Shown in pieces: positions 1 through 9,290 of a DNA stretch of 64,000 bases (positions within the stretch are counted from its first letter, which is position 1; the number at the start of each line of letters is the position of its first letter). Origin of the DNA: Trichomonas gallinae (lineage: Eukaryota); the NCBI GenBank assembly GCA_008369845.1, contig MRSU01004894.1:1-64000 (forward strand), read 5' to 3'. Made by a program: the position numbers and the translations under genes. Under the pieces are notes generated by a model. That model was not told where the DNA came from and did not search any database. It worked only from the letters and a program-made list of their open reading frames with translations.

Positions 1-317
1 ACTTAAATCCTTCAAAAATGAGGTCATAGAGGCATTTGCAAATTTTGGCAAATAACCCCCATACATATACTACTAAAAATAGTTTACAGATAATGAAAAA
101 TAAATGGTTTATTTAAATATGCTCTAATGAATATAGTAATAATATCGTGTTTAAAATAAAAATTAATTTTGGATGCATCCCCTAACTATCCCCTAATCAA
201 AATTATTTTTCAACTTTTCTACGTGAAAAGTGAATTAAATGACATAACAATCTTAAATATAAAGAAAAACTGGAAAAATATGAATCGAACGATTATATAA
301 ATTTTTTGCTTTAAAAC

Positions 318-1316
318 ATGAAGCCTTCGAATGAAGTCATCATGGACCCCTGCAAGCGATATCGCAGGTGCGAATTTATCGGCAGCGGCTCCTTCAAAAT
401 TGTCTATCGCGCGTATGATCAAGAAGAAGGAATTGAAGTCGCATGGAACGAAATTCGCTTAGATAAGTACAACGAAGTCGAAAGCAACCAAATTAAGCAG
501 GAAATTTCAATCTTACATCAACTCGATCATCCATCAATCCTCAAAATCTTCACAGCTTGGCGAGATTTATCAAGAAATTCTATGATTTTCATTACAGAGT
601 TCTTTTCTAACGGCACAATCAGAGCGTACGTGTCGGATGTCGTCAAGGCACCAAAAAGATCTGTCATAAGTAAATGGTGTAAGCAGATTTTAGAAGGTCT
701 TGATTATATCCACACGCACGACCCTCCTGTCATCCACAGGGACCTCAAGTGCGACAATTTATTCATCGACGCGAGCGAAGGCGTCGTTAAAATCGGCGAT
801 TTCGGCTTATCTAAGATTACGCCTACCGGTCAGGCTGCAAGTTGCATGGGTACTCCTGCCTATACGGCCCCAGAAGTCTATTTGGGGAACTACACGACAA
901 AGGCTGATATTTGGTCTTTTGGTTTATGTGTGCTTGAAATGATGACAGGTGAAACTCCTTACTCAGAATGCGTGGGTATTGGTGCAATTTACTTGAAGGT
1001 TAGCGGCGGACATATGCCAGCTGCTTTAGCGAAAGTTGGAGATCCAGTTATTGCAGATTTCATCTCTATGTGCCTTTTGCCACAGGAAGATCGTCCGTCT
1101 GCTGCTGATCTCTTAGAGCATAATCTTATCTTAGAGTTTGAGCAACCAGAAATGGAAGCGAAAGAAAATGAATTTGATTACGTTCAAAATCCAGACTTCT
1201 TGGCACTCATTGCCCGCCAGGAAGAAGAGTTGACGGAGGTCAAGGCAAGAATGCGCGAAGCAAGAAGAAATCTTCGTGCAAAAATCAGACAGCGGAAACA
1301 AGCATTCGAATTTTAA
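318..1316 (+). CDS. WNK-family protein kinase
   Basis: Gly loop GSGSFK carries the WNK-type catalytic Lys; EVAWNEI at beta3 lacks Lys; PPVIHRDLKCDNLF, DFG and APE present; short C-terminal coiled coil. Confidence 0.92.
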   Translation: MKPSNEVIMDPCKRYRRCEFIGSGSFKIVYRAYDQEEGIEVAWNEIRLDKYNEVESNQIKQEISILHQLDHPSILKIFTAWRDLSRNSMIFITEFFSNGTIRAYVSDVVKAPKRSVISKWCKQILEGLDYIHTHDPPVIHRDLKCDNLFIDASEGVVKIGDFGLSKITPTGQAASCMGTPAYTAPEVYLGNYTTKADIWSFGLCVLEMMTGETPYSECVGIGAIYLKVSGGHMPAALAKVGDPVIADFISMCLLPQEDRPSAADLLEHNLILEFEQPEMEAKENEFDYVQNPDFLALIARQEEELTEVKARMREARRNLRAKIRQRKQAFEF

Positions 1317-1978
1317 TACTATCTTTATATTTCTATACTATTCTTACAATCCCTTCATGGATAATGTGTATAAACTGCAATTTTTAATTTCATCAAATCT
1401 TCTTTTCTTACAAAACCAGTCAACACATACATTTTTAATGGATATTTTCTTCATTTGGCGCATTTTTATCGCATTTTGAGAAAATATCAAATTTGAAAAT
1501 TTCATATATTTTACATAGCATCTGAAACGCAATTGATATAAAACATTTGTCCCCCACTGCAACAATATCTTATTAAAGATTTGCACATTTATTAGAAAAT
1601 GAAAAATATTTTTAAATATCAAATGAAATTCAATTTTAAGCACCAATACTTAATAAATAAGCTTTTTACATATAAACAAAGAATATTCTATACTACATTA
1701 TATAGATTATCATTAATGAAAATTTATGTTTATAAAATATAGTTTTTAAAATCAAATAAATGCTAAGAATATATGATTTTTACGGGATAAAAATGATAGT
1801 TATTAATATAAAAATGCTTTAATTCGCTAATATTAATTCAAAAATAATTTTTATATACGAGTACAAACAAAATTCCTATGGAAAAGTTGCGTATTTTTGT
1901 GTTTTATTGATATAAATGATGTTAAAAACGAAAATAAATTTACAACGCAATTCGTTAACGAAAAAAAAATATAAACTA

Positions 1979-3388
1979 ATGGAAAGGGAGCTAAAACATG
2001 CAATGGACATAGTTGTCCAGAACCATAACAAATGCCCCTGCCACTACTATCTCGGGGAAGGATCCGAAGAAGGTGTTGCAAACGCGAAAATGGTTTTGAA
2101 ATTTTTACATTTACTCTCTCGTCAATGTTCTGAAAGCTACTTATACGATTCGAGCGCAATTCCTGTCCACGAGCTATTTCGTGATATAAAAGCCCACTTA
2201 GACCAGATTATGCATTTTTATGTCAGCAAAGAAACAGAACTGCTTCAAGAAATTCTTCGCAGAATACTGCCATCAAATCCAAATCCTCTCCGCTTCATTG
2301 TTCTCTCGTCAATGTCCCTTTTTACAGCGCGCGTTTATCTTCATGAAAGAGAATTGGTCCCAGATCCAATTCAGACGTACGTTGATGGCTATTTCAACCT
2401 CGTCATCGATTTAAACGATATCGTTGCTAGGATTCCTATCCTTCCTGATTCAAATACTAAACAAAATGCAATTATTCCACCAACATTGAGATTTAAAGGC
2501 GTAAGCAAGGAAGACGAAGATCGTATAAAGAATTTCGTGTTCAATGAGTCGCCTAAGAACGGCAGAAGAAATCAATTTGCGGCGTTTATATCTGTATTAA
2601 ACTCAAATCGTCCTCCTTCAGACTATATTACATCATTTAGGAATGCATTGAGCTCCTTAGATATGTCTTTCGCTACAGCAATCTGTTTACTTGCAAGAAA
2701 ACAAGAAGATTTTTCAGCTTTACAGAATCTCTTCTTAGTTCTTGGTTGCGATAACGCTATTGACCTCTTCTTGAGGCAGTTATCAATTGCTTCGTTGAGT
2801 GTTGTTCAAGGATTCCAAGTTGACCAAAGTATAAATTTAGTTGCTTTAACAAACTTGTTTATCGCGATGTCAGGTGACTGGGCGTCGAGAATAACGATGC
2901 AGAAAGGCATTACAGAAATGATTCGCGATATTTGCTTATCAATTACACACAGATATATTCCATTTGAAGCCCTTTATGTTTTGAGGGCTGCAATTTGCAT
3001 GGCAGCATACGATGACGCTAAGGGTTCGTCTGCCATATCAATGTTCCTTGAATTAGCAGTCAGACCGTTCACAATTGCATCACAACAGATTGATCAGTAC
3101 GAAAACCTGAAGAAGGGCTTTTTGTTCGGTGATAAGGCATTTGCTGACTCCAAGACAATGGTTGAGAAGACTGTTGTTCATATCCTTGGCGCTGAAATTC
3201 CAGTTACATTCTCTCCAGCAAATCTTGTTCCTGCTCTCCGCGATATCCATGAATATATTATGTCACGCATTGATGACTTCGTTGATACAGTTATTGTTTT
3301 GAACGAAAGGCCAAAGCTTGAACACCCTGCGATGTTAATGTTGATGTTTTCTTATCAGATGGCTTGCAAGCACGGCCTCATCGAGTAA
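1979..3388 (+). CDS. Hypothetical helical protein (~469 aa)
   Basis: Long ORF with coding-like composition; start moved to ATG 1979 (MERELK) because the upstream in-frame part is A-rich and UTR-like; no family recognised. Confidence 0.75.
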   Translation: MERELKHAMDIVVQNHNKCPCHYYLGEGSEEGVANAKMVLKFLHLLSRQCSESYLYDSSAIPVHELFRDIKAHLDQIMHFYVSKETELLQEILRRILPSNPNPLRFIVLSSMSLFTARVYLHERELVPDPIQTYVDGYFNLVIDLNDIVARIPILPDSNTKQNAIIPPTLRFKGVSKEDEDRIKNFVFNESPKNGRRNQFAAFISVLNSNRPPSDYITSFRNALSSLDMSFATAICLLARKQEDFSALQNLFLVLGCDNAIDLFLRQLSIASLSVVQGFQVDQSINLVALTNLFIAMSGDWASRITMQKGITEMIRDICLSITHRYIPFEALYVLRAAICMAAYDDAKGSSAISMFLELAVRPFTIASQQIDQYENLKKGFLFGDKAFADSKTMVEKTVVHILGAEIPVTFSPANLVPALRDIHEYIMSRIDDFVDTVIVLNERPKLEHPAMLMLMFSYQMACKHGLIE

Positions 3389-3698
3389 TTATATCTATTT
3401 TTACTAAATTTTCTAAATATTTTGTTTTAACAAACACTAATATAAAATGATTCTATTTCAATTCTCCTATTTCAAACATTTTACTCATGAAATTGATTTT
3501 CCTAGTCATTAAACTATCATATCTTAAATTTATTAAACTAAAATGAAAATTGACAAATAAAATGATGTATTTGTCAGATATTTCTAATTTATGACATGTA
3601 ATAATTTTACTCGTCAAAAATAATAATTCATGAAATTTTTCTAACATTGATTATAGTACATTCTATTTAATAATATTTTCGGAAAATTTTCATTTTTC

Positions 3699-4352
3699 AT
3701 GAAAACAGTACTTAGAGATCTTTTATCTTCTGGACATAAAATTATCAAAGGAGCTGTTTCAATTGATCCTGATGATGTCCCATTGCAAAAACTCAAAATG
3801 GTCATATGTGGAGATGAAAAAACAGGAAAAACAAAATTATTCGATAGAATTATTAGAGATACATATACAGAAAACTATTTTCAAACAATAGGAAGTGATT
3901 TTGAGACAACAAATAGAGTAGTTCCAGGCGCAAATGTCGAATTAGAAGTATGGGATACTGCAGGCTCGCCACAATATAGATCAATTTTGCCGATTTTCTT
4001 TAACAACGCGGATATTGTGATTGTAGTCTTCGATGTAACGAGTAGAAAGTCTTTTGAAACAGTTGCCGGCTTTGTTACAGATGCAAGAAATTGGGTGAAC
4101 AATGAATGCGACATTGCGGTCTTTGGAACGAAAATAGACAGTTGGAAGAACAAGAGAGAAGTTGAATTTGATGAAGCAGACCAATTAACAAGAAGATTCG
4201 ATACACGTTATTTCGAAACAAGTGCTGTTACAACACAAGGACTCGAAGATGCCATTAGAAAACTCTTGAAACATGCTTTGAAGCGCAAAAGATTGCTTCC
4301 TGAATGGCTATTGTCAACTCCACGTGATGGCAACGAAAGTGATGATGACTAA
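3699..4352 (+). CDS. Divergent Rab-like small GTPase
   Basis: G1 GDEKTGKT, G2 TIGSDF, G3 WDTAGS, G4 GTKID, G5 ETSA; no C-terminal Cys; Inr-like TCATT just upstream of the ATG. Confidence 0.88.
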   Translation: MKTVLRDLLSSGHKIIKGAVSIDPDDVPLQKLKMVICGDEKTGKTKLFDRIIRDTYTENYFQTIGSDFETTNRVVPGANVELEVWDTAGSPQYRSILPIFFNNADIVIVVFDVTSRKSFETVAGFVTDARNWVNNECDIAVFGTKIDSWKNKREVEFDEADQLTRRFDTRYFETSAVTTQGLEDAIRKLLKHALKRKRLLPEWLLSTPRDGNESDDD

Positions 4353-4858
4353 TTGCATATAATGTTTGTACTACTTAAATATATGAAATTTTTTGTTTAT
4401 TAAACCTTTAATTAGATGTTTTTCATATCATATTTATTGATATACATTAATTATGTAATATATGATTGCATTGAATAGAATTCCAAGAAATATGACGGAG
4501 GAGTGAATAGAAAGGATAATATCTTCTAAAATAATTAAAATCAAATTTCAAATCTAATAAATATATGTGAAAATCATTAACAAGATGAATGAAATAGGTT
4601 ATATTTGTTATAGTTAATATAATATTACAATGCCAAGTGAAAATAATCATTTTTCAACATTTTCGATGCAAAATCAAAATAAAAAACAAAATTGTTTGTG
4701 AAAATAGAATCAATATCATATGTATATGATATATTTATAATTAGAAACAAATATAATTTTTGAAGGGAAAATAATCGTTGTTTTTTATTTACATCGAATA
4801 TGTATTACATATTATATGAGATTATTCTATTTTTCGAATTAAAATTGATTTTAAATTT

Positions 4859-5797
4859 ATGATGGACGCTCCACTGATTAACGAAGGAAAATGCGATGGA
4901 AAGTGGTCTGGAAGCAAATCATGCCCATTCAAGCCACTAATGATAATACTTGTTATTATCCTTCTCGTTCTCATTTCCATTTTAGGAGTTGGAATTGCAA
5001 TTTTAACAAAATTAAACAAAAACAATACTAATAAAAGGGATCCAATAATTGGCATGGCAGGAATGAGACTAAACGAAACCGATATCGGCAGTTTTAATGA
5101 TACAATTTATAATTTTGCAAACATTTTCTATACCGATGCTGTTCAAAAGATAGGCATTGCTCCAATTGTCTTACCGGTTCTTTCCAAGTTCTCGATTGAC
5201 TTGATTGAGAAACAATTAGATACAATTGATGGACTCATCATTCCTGGAGGTTATGATATTGTTCCAACACTTTATGGTGAAGAATGGACAGAGTGGATTG
5301 GAAGAACAAGCTACCTTACAGATGTTTATCTGATTCAATTAATCAAATCCGCCTACGCACGTAAAATGCCAATCCTTGGTATCTGCCGTGGCATGCAGAT
5401 CATCAATGTTGCATTTGGAGGCACGCTTTACCAAGATATTTCACTAACACCGATGAAATTAGAATCAAGGAGCCATTATCAGACAGCAGATGGATGTGTT
5501 GTGAACCACTCAATCGTTATTGAGCCAAACACAATGCTTGCAGAGATTTTCCCAGGTGTTAAAGAAATGGAAGTTAATTCATTCCATCACCAGGCCGTTG
5601 ACAGAATAGCTGATGACTTTGTCATTAATGCTAAGTCCACAGATGGTCTTATTGAGTCTATGCACAAAAAGACTGGTTTTGTCTTCGCAACACAGTTCCA
5701 TCCTGAAAAACATGTTGCCTGTGATAACAAGTTCCTCCCAATCTTCCAGCGTCTCGTTGATGAAGCTAAGAAATACATGAACTCCCAAAAGATATAA
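4859..5797 (+). CDS. Peptidase C26 / class I glutamine amidotransferase-like (PuuD-type gamma-glutamyl hydrolase) with N-terminal membrane anchor
   Basis: DGLIIPGGYDI, nucleophile motif LGICRGMQIINVAFGGTLYQD, VNSFHHQAV, QFHPE; hydrophobic stretch LMIILVIILLVLISILGVGIAIL near the N-terminus. Confidence 0.9.
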   Translation: MMDAPLINEGKCDGKWSGSKSCPFKPLMIILVIILLVLISILGVGIAILTKLNKNNTNKRDPIIGMAGMRLNETDIGSFNDTIYNFANIFYTDAVQKIGIAPIVLPVLSKFSIDLIEKQLDTIDGLIIPGGYDIVPTLYGEEWTEWIGRTSYLTDVYLIQLIKSAYARKMPILGICRGMQIINVAFGGTLYQDISLTPMKLESRSHYQTADGCVVNHSIVIEPNTMLAEIFPGVKEMEVNSFHHQAVDRIADDFVINAKSTDGLIESMHKKTGFVFATQFHPEKHVACDNKFLPIFQRLVDEAKKYMNSQKI

Positions 5798-6208
5798 AAT
5801 ATTAAAATCATCCTAGTGAATAGATAATAATTGATTAACATATCATTCTTTATTCATCTCATCTATCAATAATACATTAATTTAGTTGATTTTTCTTCAA
5901 AAAATATCGAAACAAAATAAATAAATCTTACTGATCTATATTATCATTGTGTGCATAAAGTTTAGCTCAATCTGACATGAATTTATATTTCAAAATTGAT
6001 TAAATCGTTCAATATAATTTTTGATTTTAATAATATGTTATTGAATAAAAATATCTTTGGTAGCATAATATATATATATACAATTGATTTTAATAATGAA
6101 TTGAAGTAAGAAAATAAATAAAAATATAAAATATAAAAAAAATGAATAATTTTTGATTCAATTGAAATCTTTAATCTTAAAAAAGAAACTAAATTTTGTT
6201 TATTCGTT

Positions 6209-8929
6209 CTAATCAGAACGGTGGTGCCAGTTCTTCCTCTTCTCAGACTCGATGAGGTTCATAGCCTGGACAGGGCAAACAGACTGGCAGAGAGCGCATC
6301 CGACGCATTCGTCGTGGTTAACCTTCCACTTGCCATCGACAAGGTGGATAGCTTCGACAGAGTTATCGCGGCATGAGAGGGCGCACTTGCCGCACTGGAC
6401 GCAGAGATCGTTGTTGATTTCGGCGTGGAGTGTCCAGGTGATGTCGAAGGACTCGCGCTGGACGACATGCTTAGCGCCTAAGCCACGCAATTCAGCGAGT
6501 GTTGGAACCTTTCTATCCTGCTTTGTGTCATCAGGGATTGGGATCTGGATTGGGAGGGTCTTCATCTCAGAGTGGTGAGAAAGTCTGGCGCGGAGATCTG
6601 GACGGCTCCATGAATAAAGATAGAACTGGAGGCCAGCGTTGACTTCACGGACAATGTCGTATGAGTAGCGCTGGATGGATGAGCAGAGCTGGAAGACAGA
6701 AGAGCCAGCATAAAGGTGCTGGAGGGCTGTGTAACCAGAGCCGATACCACCGATACCGAGGATTGGCATCTCTGGGAACTTGCCGTGGACACGGGAGATC
6801 TGTCTGAGGGCGATTGGTCTAACCTGGTCGCCGGAAAGACCACCGGAGAGGACGTACTTCTCCTTGCCGACCTGTGGAAGTGGTGTGCCATCTGGCCAGA
6901 ACTTGGCGATGCCGGAGACTGTGTTGATCATAGCAACACCATCAGCACCACCTTCGAGAGCAGCCTGAGCAATGTCGAGTGGGTCTGTGATGTTTGGTGT
7001 GAGCTTGACGAAGAATGGGACTGTTGTTGCCTCCTTGACATACTGAGCGATTCTCTTGACGGAGACTGGGTGTGTGCCGAGGGCCATACCGATCTTGTTC
7101 TCTGTGTCAAAGCCACCCTTGCAGCCACCTTCACCGTGGACTTCGTTCGGGCAGGAGAGGTTGAGTTCGAGGGCATCAGCACCTGCAGCGATGACGTCCT
7201 TGACGAGTGTCTGCCATCTTTCCTTAGAGTCTGATGTAGCGATGGAAGCAACGAGTGGGCGGTCTGGGAATTCGGCCTTGAGCTTCTTGATTGTGTCGAG
7301 CCAGTATTCTTCTGTGTGCTCTGTCATCATGCAGATGTTGCAGAATGAGCCAGATGGGCCTGGGTTCTCATCGGACTTGACGATTCTGAAGTCGTTCTCA
7401 CGGATGACATCCTTTGTTGGAAGGATTGTCTTTGTGACAGCCCAGCCGAAGCCTGCCTTGAAGCAGTTCCTGATGCACTCATATGTGCCGGAAACTGGAG
7501 CGGATGAGATACCTGTTGGGTTCTTGAACTTCATGCCGAGGAACTCTGTCTCAAGGGAAACGTGGTCGACTTCTGACTCGAAGCATGGGATCTCGCGCTT
7601 CTCGCCGAGGTAGTCGGCGATCATTCTGGCAGCTGTTCTGGCATCGTTGACAGCTTCAACAACTGTCTGTGACATGGCGAGGTCACCACCGATGAAGAGC
7701 ATGTCTTGACCGTCAACCTTCTGGACGTTCATCTTGCCTGGGATGAGCTCAGCGTGCTTGCCGATCTTGGCGCCGAAAGCGAGGATGACAACATCGAACT
7801 TGCGTGTGATGAATTCATCGAGTCCGCGGTACTGGCCGTTGTTGTTCTCCTGGAGCCTGAATGTGATGACGCCGTTGTCGATGGCTGTTGGTGCGACGAG
7901 TGAAAGGAACTCGACGCCCTGCTCGAGGAGCTCGTGCATTTCGGCTGGGTGAGCGCGCATGCCCTTGAAGTCCTTACGGAAGGCGACTGTGACGTTGCCA
8001 CCGAGTCTGGAGGCAGCTGATGCGCAGTCCATGGCTGTATCGCCAGCGCCGAGGACGCAGACCTTCTTGCCTGTGAAATCTGGTAATTGTTGTCCGTTCT
8101 TGAGCTTGAGGACGCCGCAAACCTGGCGAAGGAAGTCTCTGGATGTGAGAGCACCCTCGCATGGGAAGTCTGGGACGATTTCCTCTGGGCGACCGAATGC
8201 GAGGAATGTTGCAAGGTAACCCTGCTTCTTTAAGTCTTCAACTGTGAAGTCCTTGCCGAGTCTCTGTCCGAGCTTGAATTCAACCCCGATGTCCTTGGCC
8301 ATCTGGATTTCCCACTCGATATCTTCCAATGGAAGGCGAGTTGGGATAAGCTCCGACATAAGGAGGCCACCAGCGAAGTTGTCAGCTTCGAAGACTGTAA
8401 CTGGGAAACCGAGCCTGCGAAGGAAGACACCGCATGAGATACCAGCTGGGCCAGCACCAACGATAGCGACCTTCTTTCCGTTGGACGGTGGGCAGATTGG
8501 CTTGATCTTGAGTTCACGGAACTTGCGGAGAGCGAACTGCTGGATTGTTGAAGTCTTGATTGGTCCTTCGAGTGATCCATTCAAGTTGCAGCCGCCAGCG
8601 CATGTCTCTTCGATAGCGCAGAGTGCACCTGTAGAGAGTGGCATTGGGTTCTGGTTGAGAACGACCTTGCCTGCGTAGTACCAGTTCTTCATTGCAGCAG
8701 CGTGGACGTATTCGCGGACATCTACGTTAGCTGGGCAGCATGTATTGCATGGTGGGTTGTAGCAGAAGATACACCTTGAAGCCTCTTTGACAATGTCGTC
8801 TTCTGTTGGAGATGGCTTCGGTGCCCATCCGAGAACCTTTCCATACTTCGTGTGGACGAGATCCTTGCGTGCGCACTTGGCCTCGCAGGTGGATCTGATT
8901 GTAACTTTGCAGTCTTCTATATCCATCAT
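6209..8929 (-). CDS. DPYD: Dihydropyrimidine dehydrogenase (NADP+), single-chain PreT+PreA/DPYD type
   Basis: N-terminal Fe-S motifs CIFCYNPPCNTCCP and CAIEETCAGGC..QQFA; FAD VGAGPAG; NADPH LGAGDTAMDCA..FRK; FMN barrel with ELNLSCP and KLTPNIT; C-terminal 2x[4Fe-4S] CVQCGKC and CVGCALC. Confidence 0.93.
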   Translation of the reverse strand: MMDIEDCKVTIRSTCEAKCARKDLVHTKYGKVLGWAPKPSPTEDDIVKEASRCIFCYNPPCNTCCPANVDVREYVHAAAMKNWYYAGKVVLNQNPMPLSTGALCAIEETCAGGCNLNGSLEGPIKTSTIQQFALRKFRELKIKPICPPSNGKKVAIVGAGPAGISCGVFLRRLGFPVTVFEADNFAGGLLMSELIPTRLPLEDIEWEIQMAKDIGVEFKLGQRLGKDFTVEDLKKQGYLATFLAFGRPEEIVPDFPCEGALTSRDFLRQVCGVLKLKNGQQLPDFTGKKVCVLGAGDTAMDCASAASRLGGNVTVAFRKDFKGMRAHPAEMHELLEQGVEFLSLVAPTAIDNGVITFRLQENNNGQYRGLDEFITRKFDVVILAFGAKIGKHAELIPGKMNVQKVDGQDMLFIGGDLAMSQTVVEAVNDARTAARMIADYLGEKREIPCFESEVDHVSLETEFLGMKFKNPTGISSAPVSGTYECIRNCFKAGFGWAVTKTILPTKDVIRENDFRIVKSDENPGPSGSFCNICMMTEHTEEYWLDTIKKLKAEFPDRPLVASIATSDSKERWQTLVKDVIAAGADALELNLSCPNEVHGEGGCKGGFDTENKIGMALGTHPVSVKRIAQYVKEATTVPFFVKLTPNITDPLDIAQAALEGGADGVAMINTVSGIAKFWPDGTPLPQVGKEKYVLSGGLSGDQVRPIALRQISRVHGKFPEMPILGIGGIGSGYTALQHLYAGSSVFQLCSSIQRYSYDIVREVNAGLQFYLYSWSRPDLRARLSHHSEMKTLPIQIPIPDDTKQDRKVPTLAELRGLGAKHVVQRESFDITWTLHAEINNDLCVQCGKCALSCRDNSVEAIHLVDGKWKVNHDECVGCALCQSVCPVQAMNLIESEKRKNWHHRSD

Positions 8930-8936
8930 GAGAAAT

Positions 8937-8941
8937 AATGA
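8937..8941 (-). promoter_or_regulatory. Initiator (Inr) element TCATT of the DPD gene
   Basis: Minus strand reads ctactTCATTatttctcATG, matching the trichomonad Inr TCAYW close to the start codon. Confidence 0.55.
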
Positions 8942-9049
8942 AGTAGTTCAAACTAACCGTTCATCTATTCTCAAATTTTGATAATTGAGAACTATATCGT
9001 TTTAACTTGTTTTTTCATCGTTTTATTTCAATTCACGGCTAATGTTTGG

Positions 9050-9290
9050 AAATTCTGCTATAAACACTATATATATTAAATCTATTAAGTTAAAATTCTT
9101 ATTTATTTCAATGAAATTCTAATTCTAATAAAATTCTGCTAGAAACATTATATATATCAATTCTATTAAAACAAAATTCTAATTTATTTCAATGTATTTC
9201 TAATTTTGAAAATTCGGCTAGAAAATCAATAAATATCCATTCTATTCAGTTAAAATTCTAATTTATTTCAATATTTGATAATTCTGGAAA
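9050..9290. repeat. Three diverged tandem copies of an ~80-bp unit upstream of DPD
   Basis: aaattc(t/g)gcta starts at 9050, 9131 and 9210; each copy also has tctatt..aaaattct.atttatttcaat. Confidence 0.85.

Noticed and set aside
177..196. ATCCCCTAA direct repeat (TTAGGGG on the minus strand) upstream of WNK
   Set aside because: Two spaced copies only; not a telomeric array and not seen recurring elsewhere
1979..3388. Faint RasGAP-like resemblance (AISMFLELAVRPF) in the hypothetical protein
   Set aside because: No FLR motif or arginine finger; similarity too weak without a profile search
6252..8981. Many long antisense and alternate-frame ORFs over DPD (also over RasGEF, SEY1 and the coiled-coil gene)
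   Set aside because: Expected shadow of biased codon usage; no recognisable domains
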